DNA of 64,000 nucleotides from Syntrophobacteraceae bacterium. GTDB lineage: Bacteria; Desulfobacterota; Syntrophobacteria; Syntrophobacterales; Syntrophobacteraceae. The notes beneath the pieces are model-generated. The model was not told the origin of the DNA and searched no databases. It worked only from the letters and a program-made list of their open reading frames with translations. Position numbers and translations under genes: made by a program. Shown piece after piece: positions 52,593-63,074 of the stretch. How positions within the stretch are numbered: position 1 is the stretch's first letter; the number at the start of each line of letters is the position of its first letter. The stretch is taken from positions 450 to 64,449 of the forward strand of contig JBKQLC010000114.1 of the NCBI GenBank assembly GCA_052147195.1. Reading direction: 5' to 3'.

Positions 52593-53540
52593 ATGGATAA
52601 CTTTTGGACATTGCTGAAAAAGCCTATTTTTGCCCTGGCGCCTCTTTCCGGAATAACCGACAGCCCATTTCGCCGGATATGCAAAGGCCTTGGAGCTGAC
52701 GTAGTCTACAGCGAACTCACCAGTTGCACCGCCCTCGCATACAAGCCGGAGGCTTCTCTGAGGGTTGTTCGTTTCGATGAATCGGAGCGCCCTTATGTTG
52801 TGCAACTTTTCGGAAATAACCCCGAACATTTCGCAACCGCCGCGATACTGGTAAGCCGCGAGATCAAGCCTGACGGAATCGATATCAATTTCGGCTGCCC
52901 CATTCCAAAGGTATTCAAACGCGGCGCCGGTGCGGCTTTAATGACAAATCTGCCGCTTGCAAAAGAAGTAATCCTGAGCGTTATCGAGAATACGCACTTG
53001 CCTGTGTCCATAAAAACGAGGACCAGGGTCAATGAAGTAGATCTCCTCAGCTTTCTCGATTATGTCGGCGACCTCGACATCAAGGCCATAATGGTCCACG
53101 GCAGATCGTATGCGCAGGGCTTCTCGGGGCCTAACGACATTGAAACGACCCGGGCCGTTCGCCGGTGTTTCAGAGGGACTGTTCTTGCTAACGGGGGAGT
53201 GGGCACAGCGGCACAGGGTTTGGAACTACTCCGCGAGACTGGTGCTGACGGGCTGGGACTAGCAAGGGGAGCACGAGGAAACCCCTGGATTTTTCAGCAG
53301 TTAAGAACAGCCCTCGCAGGTAATGGAAATGAAAAACCGACCAGCCAGGATGTTTTCAGGACGGCTATTGAACACGCAAGGCTTGCAACAGATTCGAAAG
53401 GCGAGCGTGGAATAATCCAGATGCGCAAACACCTGTGCTGGTACTTACAGCAAGTACCCGGCACAAAGAAGCTCCGGCAGAAGGCTGTTGCGATAAGCAA
53501 CCTTCAAGATGTGGCCGAATTATTTTCGCAGGCAGACTGA
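52593..53540 (+). CDS. dus: tRNA-dihydrouridine synthase
   Basis: From ATG 52593: FALAPLSGITDSPFRRICKGLGADVVYSEL...VQLFGNNPE...DGIDINFGCP...VSIKTR...HGR are Dus family motifs. Confidence 0.88.
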   Translation: MDNFWTLLKKPIFALAPLSGITDSPFRRICKGLGADVVYSELTSCTALAYKPEASLRVVRFDESERPYVVQLFGNNPEHFATAAILVSREIKPDGIDINFGCPIPKVFKRGAGAALMTNLPLAKEVILSVIENTHLPVSIKTRTRVNEVDLLSFLDYVGDLDIKAIMVHGRSYAQGFSGPNDIETTRAVRRCFRGTVLANGGVGTAAQGLELLRETGADGLGLARGARGNPWIFQQLRTALAGNGNEKPTSQDVFRTAIEHARLATDSKGERGIIQMRKHLCWYLQQVPGTKKLRQKAVAISNLQDVAELFSQAD

Positions 53541-53574
53541 GCAGCTCTGACGCTAATTTTGCCGGCGAGTGAAC

Positions 53575-54366
53575 TTACCTGAAGCTCTTCAGCTCGATTT
53601 CAGCCCAAACAGGGGTATGATCGCTGGGGTTGGGTTGGCCGCGAAGATCGGCGTCCACCTGGCAGTCAATAGAGGCGCTTGAGATGGGTTCGGTAGCCCT
53701 TATGTGATCGAGCCTCCAACCCAGGTTCCTGTGAAAACTCTCAGGCAGGCGGTAATCCCAGAAAGTGAACTGCCGAACATCCGGATGGTGCTTTCGAAAC
53801 AGGTCGATAAATCCCCAGGAAACCACTTCCGCCAGGGCCTGCCTCTCCAGAGGGTGGAAGCCGATTTTCCCGTCCATTCTTCTGGGTGAAAACACGTCCA
53901 TTTCCTCGGGCGCCACGTTGATGTCACCTGTCCAGATAACAGGATCGGACGGTGTGAATTCGAGTTGAAAAAGGCGTTTTAGCCTTGCGAAAAAATCGAG
54001 TTTTATCTGAAAGGCTGGGTGCTCCGGGCTTCTGCCCTGTGGCACATAGGTATTGAAAATCCAGATACCGTCAATTTTTGCCGCAATCAGCCTGGCTTCC
54101 GTATCCGGCACGTCATCGCCGAATCCACGCCTCACCTCTTCAGGTTTGCACAGGCTTAGAATTGCAACTCCGTGAAAGGATTTCTGTCCACAAACGCTTG
54201 CCTCATATCCGACGTCGCGCAGGGAATCGACTGGGAACTCCGAATCCTGGCACTTTATTTCCTGAAGACACAGGACATCGGGCCTGTTACGCTCTATCCA
54301 GGACATGAGAACATGCTCGCGTGACCGCACGCCATTCACGTTGAATGTCGCTATTTTCCATTTCAT
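53575..54366 (-). CDS. xth: Exodeoxyribonuclease III
   Basis: 263 aa. KIATFNVNGVRSR...DVLCLQEIK...NTYVPQG...GDINVAP...DHIRAT...SDHTPVWAEI are EEP/ExoIII motifs. Confidence 0.9.
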   Translation of the reverse strand: MKWKIATFNVNGVRSREHVLMSWIERNRPDVLCLQEIKCQDSEFPVDSLRDVGYEASVCGQKSFHGVAILSLCKPEEVRRGFGDDVPDTEARLIAAKIDGIWIFNTYVPQGRSPEHPAFQIKLDFFARLKRLFQLEFTPSDPVIWTGDINVAPEEMDVFSPRRMDGKIGFHPLERQALAEVVSWGFIDLFRKHHPDVRQFTFWDYRLPESFHRNLGWRLDHIRATEPISSASIDCQVDADLRGQPNPSDHTPVWAEIELKSFR

Positions 54367-54600
54367 GTGAGAATTCCGTTCACCAGTAGTGCTCTCTCAA
54401 CTTCATTTTGAGTATACAATTCTTAATTTTAAACCTCGGGCGGCGATTGTGAATCGTTTTTCGGTTGCTCGACCGCTTGGAACATGTTAGTAAATTCTGT
54501 TTAATAAAATTCGCACTCCCCTTTAACTTTTGGTGTCCGAGCCCCTTATTGAAGTGGCCGGATGCAAAGGGGCGGAGGCAAAACCAGAAGGAGATGTACT

Positions 54601-55422
54601 ATGGCAGTTGTCGGAATGAAACAGTTGCTCGAAGCCGGGGTCCATTTCGGCCACCAGACACGCCGGTGGAACCCCAAAATGAAGCCCTTCATCTTCGGTG
54701 CACGCAACGGGATTTATATCATAGATCTCCAGCGCACCGTCAGGCTTTTCAACACCGCCTATCAATTCCTGGTCGATACCGTAGCCGCAGGCGAAAGCGT
54801 TCTTTTCGTCGGCACCAAGCAGCAAGCCCGCGACACCATCCAGGAAGAAACCGACCGTTGCAGCATGTTCTTTGTGAACCACCGCTGGCTCGGCGGAATG
54901 CTCACAAACTTCAAAACCATGAAGATTAGAATCGATCGACTAAAAGAACTGGATTCAATGGTCGAAGACGGAAGCATCAACCGGTTTCCTAAAAAGGAAA
55001 TCCTCGGGCTTCAGCGCGAGCGCGAAAAGCTCGAGAAGAATCTGGGCGGCATCAAAAAGATGAACCGGCTCCCGGGCGCCATCTTCGTAGTGGACACCGA
55101 GCGTGAAAACATAGCCGTCATGGAAGCAAACAGGCTCGGTATTCCGGTTGTAGCCATTGTGGATACAAACTGCGATCCCGATGTGATCGACTATCCCATT
55201 CCAGGTAATGACGATGCTATCCGGGCAATCAGGCTGGTTACATCAAAGGTCGCCGACGCCTGCATAGAGGGGCGCGACAAACTCTCCGAGATCCAGCAGG
55301 CCACCGTGGACAAAGGGATCGAACTCGAAGAAGTTCCCGCTGGACAGATTCTCGGACAGGAGGAAAAAGGTCCAGTCGTTGAGATTATAAACCCTGTGCA
55401 GACCGAGCAAGAGGAAGAGTAA
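54601..55422 (+). CDS. rpsB: 30S ribosomal protein S2
   Basis: [43 protein letters not shown]... ATG 54601 follows AGAAGGAGATG. Confidence 0.95.
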   Translation: MAVVGMKQLLEAGVHFGHQTRRWNPKMKPFIFGARNGIYIIDLQRTVRLFNTAYQFLVDTVAAGESVLFVGTKQQARDTIQEETDRCSMFFVNHRWLGGMLTNFKTMKIRIDRLKELDSMVEDGSINRFPKKEILGLQREREKLEKNLGGIKKMNRLPGAIFVVDTERENIAVMEANRLGIPVVAIVDTNCDPDVIDYPIPGNDDAIRAIRLVTSKVADACIEGRDKLSEIQQATVDKGIELEEVPAGQILGQEEKGPVVEIINPVQTEQEEE

Positions 55423-55430
55423 ACCAAAAT

Positions 55431-55467
55431 GAGCTTCGCACCGAAAACCGGTCCGAGGCTCTTTTTT
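55431..55467 (+). terminator. Intrinsic terminator/attenuator between rpsB and tsf
   Basis: GAGCTTCGCACCG-aaaa-CGGTCCGAGGCTC (13-bp stem, 2 mismatches) followed by TTTTTTATT. Confidence 0.6.
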
Positions 55468-55596
55468 ATTCATATACTGGGTCCCGCACAGCCAGGCGCT
55501 GCCCCGTTTGCGGGATACCCGGGACTGAAGTTCCATCACAAAATCGTTAGAATCTTTACCTGAAAATAGATTGCGTTGCTTTACGGGAGGAAGAAA

Positions 55597-56190
55597 TTGG
55601 AAATTACATCAGGAATGGTAAAGGAACTCAGAGATAGAACCAACGTTGGTATGATGGATTGCAAAAAGGCACTCCAGGACTCCAGCGGCGACATGGAGAA
55701 AGCAGTTGACCTGCTGCGCCAAAAGGGCCTTGCCAAGGCAATGAAGCGAGCAGGCCGGGAGGCAGCCGATGGGTTGGTTCATGCTTATATCCACAGCGGC
55801 GGCAAGATCGGTGTTTTAGTCGAGGTAAACTGTGAGACCGACTTTGCTGCCAAGAGCGAAGATTTCAGCGAATTCGTGCGCAATGTTGCCCTCCAGATAG
55901 CGGCGGCAAACCCTCTCGGGGTTCATCCCGAAGACATCCCGCAGGATATCGTTGAGCGTGAACGTGCTATTTACCTGGCACAAGCCCAGGAATCCGGAAA
56001 GCCTCAGAATATTCTCGAAAAAATGGTTGACGGGAAAATGAGGAAATTCTACGAAGAAAACTTGCTGATGCAGCAAAAGTATATTCGAGATCCCGACAAG
56101 ACCATCGAGGATTATTTGAATGAGCTGATCGCCAAAATCGGTGAAAAAATCCAGGTCCGCAGGTTTTGCAGGTATCAGCTTGGTGAATAG
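55597..56190 (+). CDS. tsf: Translation elongation factor Ts (short ~197-aa form)
   Basis: EITSGMVKELRDRTNVGMMDCKKALQDSSGDMEKAVDLLRQKG (UBA-like N-domain). Probable TTG start 55597, 6 nt after GGGAGG. Confidence 0.9.
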   Translation: MEITSGMVKELRDRTNVGMMDCKKALQDSSGDMEKAVDLLRQKGLAKAMKRAGREAADGLVHAYIHSGGKIGVLVEVNCETDFAAKSEDFSEFVRNVALQIAAANPLGVHPEDIPQDIVERERAIYLAQAQESGKPQNILEKMVDGKMRKFYEENLLMQQKYIRDPDKTIEDYLNELIAKIGEKIQVRRFCRYQLGE

Positions 56191-56234
56191 CCACATGGGG
56201 CTGAATTGCCGAATCAGAATTGGAGTTAGCCCTG

Positions 56235-56972
56235 ATGAGCGAAAGTGAAAAGCCCGTTTACGGCAGAATACTGCTCAAGCTGAGCGGCGAAGCGCTAATG
56301 GGAGCTGAACCCTACGGGATAGATACCACAGTTTTGCGCGAAATTGCCGAACAGATCTCGGAAGTACACCACCTGGGAACACAGGTTGCTCTCGTCATAG
56401 GAGGCGGGAATATCTTTCGCGGGGTTTACGCCGCATCGGGCGGAATGGACCGTTCCACTGCAGATTACATGGGCATGCTTGCAACCGTAATGAACGCCCT
56501 TGCTATGCAGGATGCCCTCGAGAAATTCGGGATAGCCACCAGGGTTCAATCGGCGATCGATATGAAAGAGGTTGCCGAGCCCTACATTCGGCGCAAAGCT
56601 ATCCGGCATCTGGAAAAGGGGCGAATTGTGATTTTCGCTGCCGGCACTGGGCTTCCATACTTTACGACTGATACTACCGCAGCGCTTCGGGCGAGCGAAA
56701 TCGGGGCCGAAGTCCTGATGAAGGCCACCAAAGTTGACGGTGTCTATGAATCCGATCCTGTGGAAAATCCTCTCGCCTCGCGCTACGACCGGATCAGCTT
56801 TACCGAAGTCCTCAACCGGAACCTCAAGGTGATGGACGCCACGGCCGTATCCCTGGCGCGGGAACAGAAAATGCGAATCATAGTCTTTAATCTCAAGATA
56901 AAGGGCAACATCAGGAAGGCTGTTCTGGGCAAACCGATCGGGACTGTGGTGGAGGAAATCTGTTATGCTTGA
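56235..56972 (+). CDS. pyrH: UMP kinase
   Basis: [15 protein letters not shown]...[13 protein letters not shown]...[15 protein letters not shown]...[13 protein letters not shown]. Confidence 0.93.
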   Translation: MSESEKPVYGRILLKLSGEALMGAEPYGIDTTVLREIAEQISEVHHLGTQVALVIGGGNIFRGVYAASGGMDRSTADYMGMLATVMNALAMQDALEKFGIATRVQSAIDMKEVAEPYIRRKAIRHLEKGRIVIFAAGTGLPYFTTDTTAALRASEIGAEVLMKATKVDGVYESDPVENPLASRYDRISFTEVLNRNLKVMDATAVSLAREQKMRIIVFNLKIKGNIRKAVLGKPIGTVVEEICYA

Positions 56973-57522
56973 TGACATTTATCGTGATCTTCGCGAACGT
57001 ATGAACAAGGCAGTGGAAACGTTGGAAACCGAGTACAAAAGGCTTCGCACGGGAAGAGCATCCATTTCGCTGGTTGATGGGACCAGGGTCGACTACTACG
57101 GAACTGCGACCCCTCTCGGCCAACTTGCCACCCTTACCATACCCGATCCTCGCACAATAGTGATTCAACCCTGGGATACCTCAGTGGTTGGCGAAATAGA
57201 AAAAGCCATAATGAAATCCGAGCTCGGACTTACCCCGATGAACGACGGCAAGGGGATACGCATCAGTATTCCGCCACTTACCGCCGAACGCCGCCGAGAT
57301 CTCGTAAAAGTGGTGAAGAAAAAAGCCGAGGAATCAAAAGTCTCTGTCAGGAATATCAGACGTGACATAATTGAAAAGATAAAAGATCTGAAAAAAGACA
57401 AAAAGGTCTCTGAGGACGAACAGTTTCGAGCTCAGGAAGAAATTCAGAAGATTACGGACGACTACATCAAGAAAATCGATACCGTATACGGCGCGAAGGA
57501 AAAGGAAATCCTGGAAACCTAG
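56965..57522 (+). CDS. frr: Ribosome recycling factor
   Basis: 185 aa. [59 protein letters not shown]. Confidence 0.93.
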   Translation: MLDDIYRDLRERMNKAVETLETEYKRLRTGRASISLVDGTRVDYYGTATPLGQLATLTIPDPRTIVIQPWDTSVVGEIEKAIMKSELGLTPMNDGKGIRISIPPLTAERRRDLVKVVKKKAEESKVSVRNIRRDIIEKIKDLKKDKKVSEDEQFRAQEEIQKITDDYIKKIDTVYGAKEKEILET

Positions 57523-58323
57523 ATGGAACTAGATTTGGAGCGCCTTCCTCGGCATGTGGCCATCATTATGGATGGCAACGGCAGGTGGGCCAGGCAAAAA
57601 CTGAGGAGTCGAATTTTCGGACATAAAAAGGGCGCAGACGCTGTGCGCTCCACCGTGGCCTGTTGCCGAGAATTGGGTATCGGCTACCTGACCCTCTACG
57701 CCTTCTCAAAAGAAAACTGGAACCGGCCTCAAAAAGAAGTAAAAGCGCTTTGGGGGTTGCTCGAAAAATATCTAAAATCTCAGATCCCCGAACTTATCGA
57801 AAAACAGGTGCGGTTCCGGCACATCGGCGATGATGACGGCATACCCTCATCTGTCATGGAGCAACTTCGCATCGCAGAGGATAAGACCTCCAATTTTGAC
57901 AAACTAATCTTGAGTCTGGCTCTCAACTACGGGGGCAGGCAAGAAATCACCCGGGCTGCCAAACTTTTTCTGGCCGATGTAATTAATGGCGGCTACGGCG
58001 CCGGCCAACTCTCCCCTGAACTCTTTTCGCGCTATCTCTATACTGCCGGGCATCCCGACCCCGATTTTGTCATCAGGACGGGTGGTGAGATAAGGGTTAG
58101 CAACTTCCTGCTCTGGCAAATCGCTTATGCGGAGCTTTATTTCACGGAGATTCTGTGGCCTGACTTCGGAAAGGCCGATTTCATTGAAGCCCTAAAGGAA
58201 TTTCAGAGCAGAGAGCGACGATTCGGACGCACCGGCGAACAGGTGCGGGAACGCCAGGGCTCATTAATTGAGGATGACGCAAAGAGAATAGATATTGCGC
58301 TCTCAGGTTCGAGCGGACGATAA
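57523..58323 (+). CDS. uppS: Isoprenyl transferase (undecaprenyl diphosphate synthase)
   Basis: PRHVAIIMDGNGRWA...LTLYAFSKENWNRP...RTGGEIRVSNFLLWQIAYAELYF. Confidence 0.92.
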   Translation: MELDLERLPRHVAIIMDGNGRWARQKLRSRIFGHKKGADAVRSTVACCRELGIGYLTLYAFSKENWNRPQKEVKALWGLLEKYLKSQIPELIEKQVRFRHIGDDDGIPSSVMEQLRIAEDKTSNFDKLILSLALNYGGRQEITRAAKLFLADVINGGYGAGQLSPELFSRYLYTAGHPDPDFVIRTGGEIRVSNFLLWQIAYAELYFTEILWPDFGKADFIEALKEFQSRERRFGRTGEQVRERQGSLIEDDAKRIDIALSGSSGR

Positions 58324-58380
58324 GCAACGGCCCTCCCCATGGCCCTTCACGAATTCCAAGAGATGACTAACTGAAACTTC

Positions 58381-59214
58381 ATGCCTGATTTCCAGAAACC
58401 ACGTCCTCATATCCAACGATGGGTTACCGGCACATTGGTCGGGTTGCCGGTTCTCGTATGTATAACCGCAGGTCCCCCCTGGAGCTGGTACCTTCTTGTC
58501 AGCGTCGCCACCACGCTCGGTCTGTGGGAGATACACGGTTTTCTTTTCCAAGCTCCTCTTCCAGGCAGGTGGCTGATTTTATCTTTTGCCGCTGGAGTCC
58601 TCATGCCCCTTGGAACTTACCTCTGGGGAATCGCCGGCCTTAATTTTACCCTTTTTATCTCGTTTTTCGCCGCGCTTTCCCTTATGATGCTGTCTTCTCC
58701 CCTTGATCGCGATCAAATAGGGCAAGTTGGCCTGCTCTCTTTCGCATGGCTGTATCTACCCTATTTCATGTCGTTTATTCTCCTTATCGGGGCTGCGCCA
58801 CAGGGGAGATTCTGGATTTTGTTCGTACTGGCGGTTACCGTTGCTGGAGACGCCGGCGCCTACCACATCGGATCGCGTATTGGCCGCCGCAAGCTCTATC
58901 AAGTCGTCAGTCCTAAGAAGACTATCGAAGGCGCTATAGGTGGGCTTTTTTCGAGTGTCGTTGCCGGGTCGGCCGTGGGCTTTATCTTTTTGAGGAATGT
59001 GCCCTTCGCCACGCTGCTCTTCTTTAGCCTCGCAGTTGCCGTTACCGGACAGATCGGGGACCTGATCGAGTCCATGCTGAAGCGAAACTGCGGCAAGAAG
59101 GATTCGAGCGCACTCCTTCCGGGTCACGGAGGTATTTTGGACAGGTTGGACTCCCTGATTTTCTCTTTCCCTGTTATGTGGGCTCTTTTACAATTGGACG
59201 CTATTGGGTTCTGA
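58381..59214 (+). CDS. cdsA: Phosphatidate cytidylyltransferase
   Basis: 277-aa polytopic protein. C-terminal signature SMLKRNCGKKDSSALLPGHGGILDRLDS. Confidence 0.9.
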   Translation: MPDFQKPRPHIQRWVTGTLVGLPVLVCITAGPPWSWYLLVSVATTLGLWEIHGFLFQAPLPGRWLILSFAAGVLMPLGTYLWGIAGLNFTLFISFFAALSLMMLSSPLDRDQIGQVGLLSFAWLYLPYFMSFILLIGAAPQGRFWILFVLAVTVAGDAGAYHIGSRIGRRKLYQVVSPKKTIEGAIGGLFSSVVAGSAVGFIFLRNVPFATLLFFSLAVAVTGQIGDLIESMLKRNCGKKDSSALLPGHGGILDRLDSLIFSFPVMWALLQLDAIGF

Positions 59215-59226
59215 TACGGCTGGAAC

Positions 59227-60414
59227 ATGACCAAAAAGAAAATATCCATACTTGGCAGCACCGGTTCGATAGGAAGAAGCACGCTGGAAGTAATCCGCCA
59301 GTTTCCGGAGCGCTTCGAGGTGGCGGCCCTTGGAGCGGGTTCCAATGCCGCGCTTCTTCGCGATCAGATACTGGAGTTCTCTCCGCGGCTTGTTTCAGTT
59401 ATGGACACACAGGCCGCCTTTAGCCTCGAAAATCTTCTCGGCCAGCAGGCGAACTGTCATCCCGAAATCCTCTATGGCCCCGATGGGTACTGCAAGGTGG
59501 CCGCCTTCCCCGAAGCAGAGATGCTCGTATCCGCAATGGTCGGGGCTGCCGGTCTTTTGCCTACCCTCTTCGCAATTGAGGCCGGAAAGAACATCGCGCT
59601 TGCAAACAAGGAGACCCTGGTAGCTGCGGGACAGATCGTAATAGACGCTGCAGCCAGGAATAACGTCAAAATTCTTCCCGTGGACAGCGAACACAGCGCT
59701 ATTTTTCAAGCCTTGCAGGGAAACCACAGGGAAGCTCTCGAACGGATACTCCTCACAGCCTCGGGAGGCCCTTTTTTCAATAAACCAAGAAGCGAGATAG
59801 AAGCAGTCACTCCAGAAGCGGCCCTCCGTCATCCCAATTGGTCCATGGGTCGCAAGATCACAATTGATTCCGCAACCCTCATGAACAAGGGACTCGAAGT
59901 AATCGAAGCCCACTGGCTGTTCGGAGTGCCGGTCGAGCGCATATCAGTACATATCCATCCCGAAAGCATCATTCACTCTATGGTGGAATACGTTGACGGC
60001 TCGGTCATAGCGCAGATGGGAATTCCTGACATGAAGACCCCGATAGCATATGCCCTGGCTTATCCCGAGCGCCTCCCCATAGCAATCCCAAGGCTCGATC
60101 TTTTCCGGCTTCAGAAACTTTCCTTCTATCCCCCGGATGAAGAAAAATTCCCCTGCCTGCGTCTCGCTTTCGATGCATGCCGCAAAGGGTCTACGATGCC
60201 GGCCGTCCTCAATGCCGCAAACGAAATTGCGGTTCACGCTTTCCTTGAGAAAACGATAGCTTTTTACGATATACCCCGTGTGATCGAGCAAGTAATGAAT
60301 TCTCACAATCCCTGCGCTAAGCCGGACCTTGAGGCGATCCTTCAGGCAGATGCATGGGCGCGTGAAGAGGCCTCCAAAATTATTATTGCCCGAGGGGCGA
60401 AAATGGAGGGATGA
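59227..60414 (+). CDS. dxr: 1-deoxy-D-xylulose 5-phosphate reductoisomerase
   Basis: KISILGSTGSIGRSTLEVI...LANKETLV...PVDSEHSAIFQ...LTASGGPF...HPNWSMGRKITIDSATLMNKGLEVIEA. Confidence 0.95.
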   Translation: MTKKKISILGSTGSIGRSTLEVIRQFPERFEVAALGAGSNAALLRDQILEFSPRLVSVMDTQAAFSLENLLGQQANCHPEILYGPDGYCKVAAFPEAEMLVSAMVGAAGLLPTLFAIEAGKNIALANKETLVAAGQIVIDAAARNNVKILPVDSEHSAIFQALQGNHREALERILLTASGGPFFNKPRSEIEAVTPEAALRHPNWSMGRKITIDSATLMNKGLEVIEAHWLFGVPVERISVHIHPESIIHSMVEYVDGSVIAQMGIPDMKTPIAYALAYPERLPIAIPRLDLFRLQKLSFYPPDEEKFPCLRLAFDACRKGSTMPAVLNAANEIAVHAFLEKTIAFYDIPRVIEQVMNSHNPCAKPDLEAILQADAWAREEASKIIIARGAKMEG

Positions 60415-60474
60415 ATTTGGAATCGAGCATTATATTTGGACAAATAAATCTCTCTTTGAAGTGAGGAACTTTCA

Positions 60475-61581
60475 TTGCTGACAATGATATTCTCAACCGT
60501 AATAGTACTTGGAATTTTGATTTTCGTGCACGAACTCGGGCATTTCCTGGTGGCCAAACGCGTCGGGGTGACTGTACTTCGTTTTTCGCTGGGGTTTGGG
60601 CCGAAAATTTTCGGAATTACCCGTGGAGGAACCGAATACCGCCTATCGCTGATACCTCTCGGCGGCTATGTTAAGATGCTTGGAGAGGATTCGGAGGAAG
60701 AGCTGCCCCAGCACGAGAAGGCAAATTCTTTTTCCGAGCAGAAGGTGATAAAGCGGCTGGCCATTGTCTTTGCAGGCCCGTTCTCAAATTTCCTTCTCGC
60801 GATCGTCATTTTTACCTTCCTGTTTGCATTTTCAGGAATCCCCGAACGATCGCCCGAAATCGGCTCCGTAACTGCCGGATCGCCGGCCGAACAGGCCGGC
60901 CTGATGGCTGGAGACAGAGTGCTTGCGATTAACGGCAGCTCCATTCGTACGTGGGAGGATCTCTCAGAATCCATTGAAAAACTGGGCCTAAACCCTTTGA
61001 ATCTCCATGTAAAGCGGGACGATTCTGAAATTGACATAACGGTCACGCCCAAAATCAACGAAGTAAAGAACTTATTCGGCGAAACGATCAAACGGCCTCT
61101 GATCGGGATAACCGCGTCAGAGGCTACGACCATCAGATCCGTCAATCCGCTTGCAGCCGGCTACTATGCCCTGGACCATACCTATTCACTCTCCAAGCTC
61201 TTTTTCCTCACGGTTGTGAAACTCATAGAGCGGGTAGTGCCGCTGAATTCTCTGGGTGGGCCGATTTTGATCGCCCAGATGGCCGGCAAACAGGCGCAGA
61301 AGGGCGTCCTCGATCTCATGAACTTCATGGCCTTTATAAGCGTAAACCTGGCGGTCTTGAATCTATTGCCCATCCCGGTGCTTGACGGTGGCCATATTTT
61401 CTTCTTTTTGATCGAAGCGCTTATCGGCAAACCACTTTCATTGAAAAAAATAGAAATCGCCCAAAAGGTGGGATTAGTCGCCCTTCTGTCCCTCATGGTC
61501 GTAGTTTTTTATAATGACATTATGCGGCTCGACTGGTCCTCGATCACTTCATGGTTTCAAAGTTTATGGTCGAGGTTGTGA
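60475..61581 (+). CDS. rseP: RIP metalloprotease RseP (site-2 protease, M50 family, PDZ domain)
   Basis: HELGHFLVAKRVGV (HExxH) and NLLPIPVLDGGH (LDG motif), with a PDZ-like segment between them. The start is TTG 60475 or ATG 60484. Confidence 0.9.
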   Translation: MLTMIFSTVIVLGILIFVHELGHFLVAKRVGVTVLRFSLGFGPKIFGITRGGTEYRLSLIPLGGYVKMLGEDSEEELPQHEKANSFSEQKVIKRLAIVFAGPFSNFLLAIVIFTFLFAFSGIPERSPEIGSVTAGSPAEQAGLMAGDRVLAINGSSIRTWEDLSESIEKLGLNPLNLHVKRDDSEIDITVTPKINEVKNLFGETIKRPLIGITASEATTIRSVNPLAAGYYALDHTYSLSKLFFLTVVKLIERVVPLNSLGGPILIAQMAGKQAQKGVLDLMNFMAFISVNLAVLNLLPIPVLDGGHIFFFLIEALIGKPLSLKKIEIAQKVGLVALLSLMVVVFYNDIMRLDWSSITSWFQSLWSRL

Positions 61582-61663
61582 AAACGATTTTGTATCAACC
61601 CTTCCCCCGAACAGTTAACAGTGTGTTCCTGGTTGTTTTCTCTTCATTGTTCACTGTTGTGCA

Positions 61664-62398
61664 ATGAGAATTCTTGCAGCGGATACCTCTACGGCGTCGG
61701 GCAGCCTGGCTCTGCTCGACGGAGAAAACCTCACAGCCGAATGGACGCTCAGATCCGCCCAGACCCACAACAGGAGATTACTCAGGTCAATTGATTCGCT
61801 TCTCCGGGAAGCTGGATGGGACCTGGAAACCATTGATGCGTTCGCGGTCGCATGCGGTCCTGGCAGTTTTACGGGCCTGCGGATCGGAATGACCACTATG
61901 AAGGTGCTTGCCTGGACCAGGGGCAAGCTCTATGCGGGTATTTGCTCTCTTGACGCGCTGGCATTACCGTTTTGTTTTTCGACCAATCCGATTTGCGCCC
62001 TTATTGACGCCCGAAAAGGCGAGGTCTATTGCGCACTCTACCGGCCTGACGGAAAAGGCGGCCTTGGTCTTGAAGTTCCTTATGCGGCACTGACTCCCTC
62101 ACGACTAGCCGAAAACATAATCTTAAGGTTTTCAGAGCCTGTTATTTTCTGCGGGGACGGCTGGACAGCGTATCGGAATGTTATGGAAAGAAAGCTTGGG
62201 GACATGATTTTGGTGCCTTCATCCTATTTTCACATAATTCGGGCAGCATCTATAGCGGAGCTGGCAAGAAGAAGGCTTGTCAAAGGCGAATCCGACGACC
62301 CCAAATCCAGTGTGCCATTATATCTCCGGCTATCGGAAGCAGAAATCTATTACCCTCACCTGGCGAAAAAGAGCAGTGGAAAACCGGAAATTATTTAA
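61664..62398 (+). CDS. tsaB: tRNA t6A37 biosynthesis protein TsaB (YeaZ)
   Basis: MRILAADTSTASGSLALL...IDAFAVACGPGSFTGLRIGMTTMKVLA. Confidence 0.88.
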   Translation: MRILAADTSTASGSLALLDGENLTAEWTLRSAQTHNRRLLRSIDSLLREAGWDLETIDAFAVACGPGSFTGLRIGMTTMKVLAWTRGKLYAGICSLDALALPFCFSTNPICALIDARKGEVYCALYRPDGKGGLGLEVPYAALTPSRLAENIILRFSEPVIFCGDGWTAYRNVMERKLGDMILVPSSYFHIIRAASIAELARRRLVKGESDDPKSSVPLYLRLSEAEIYYPHLAKKSSGKPEII

Positions 62399-62669
62399 TT
62401 CTAACCGGCTCAAACGGTCACTGAAGAGAAACGGGAGCAGCCGAAACAGGACATTAAAGGGCCTGTGTGACCCCGGATTCCCTCTTTACTATGTGCTTCG
62501 GAACCTGGGGTGGCTGAACAGCGAGCGGTGGTGGACAGTCCTGTCCCATCGCGCAAAACGCGCTCACGCCTTCAGGATTGTCAGCGAGCGTATCGCGATA
62601 TTTAATGAAGTGAAAAACTGGAGGAAAAATCAAAAAACGGCGCAAACACCGAGTTTGAACATCGGGGAT

Positions 62670-63074
62670 ATGAATGCGCCTCGGTATTGTAATAAATGCG
62701 GTCTGTGCTGCGAGGTTGCAAGTGGAATGCCGGATTTCCCCGCTCCGGAAGCACTTCCGGGACGCTGGCGCGAGGTATTTGCCAACGGACTGGGACGAGG
62801 CCACCGCTTTTGCCCGTTTTTATGGGAAGACAACAGCTCAGGAGGGGGCCTATGCTCTATCTATCCGTTGCGGTCTAATGCATGCAGGCTGTTCGAGTCT
62901 GAGGAATGCGACTTCTTCTGGAAATCTCCTGAACCGGATGATCTATCCAACTCCAGGAAAACCCTCCTAATTGGGCGATGGCTCGCCAGGCTGGTTAATC
63001 CCCGCAAGCTGCCACAGACGATTACCGGCATCACGGGTAAACGTCCAAAATTCCTGGAATTTAACCGGATTTAA
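62670..63074 (+). CDS. YkgJ-family (UPF0153) cysteine-cluster protein
   Basis: From ATG 62670: MNAPRYCNKCGLCCEV...FCPFLWED...GGLCSIYPLRSNACRLF. The N-terminal part of the track ORF overlaps tsaB and is unlikely to be translated. The 3' end overlaps the convergent gene by 108 nt. Confidence 0.65.
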   Translation: MNAPRYCNKCGLCCEVASGMPDFPAPEALPGRWREVFANGLGRGHRFCPFLWEDNSSGGGLCSIYPLRSNACRLFESEECDFFWKSPEPDDLSNSRKTLLIGRWLARLVNPRKLPQTITGITGKRPKFLEFNRI

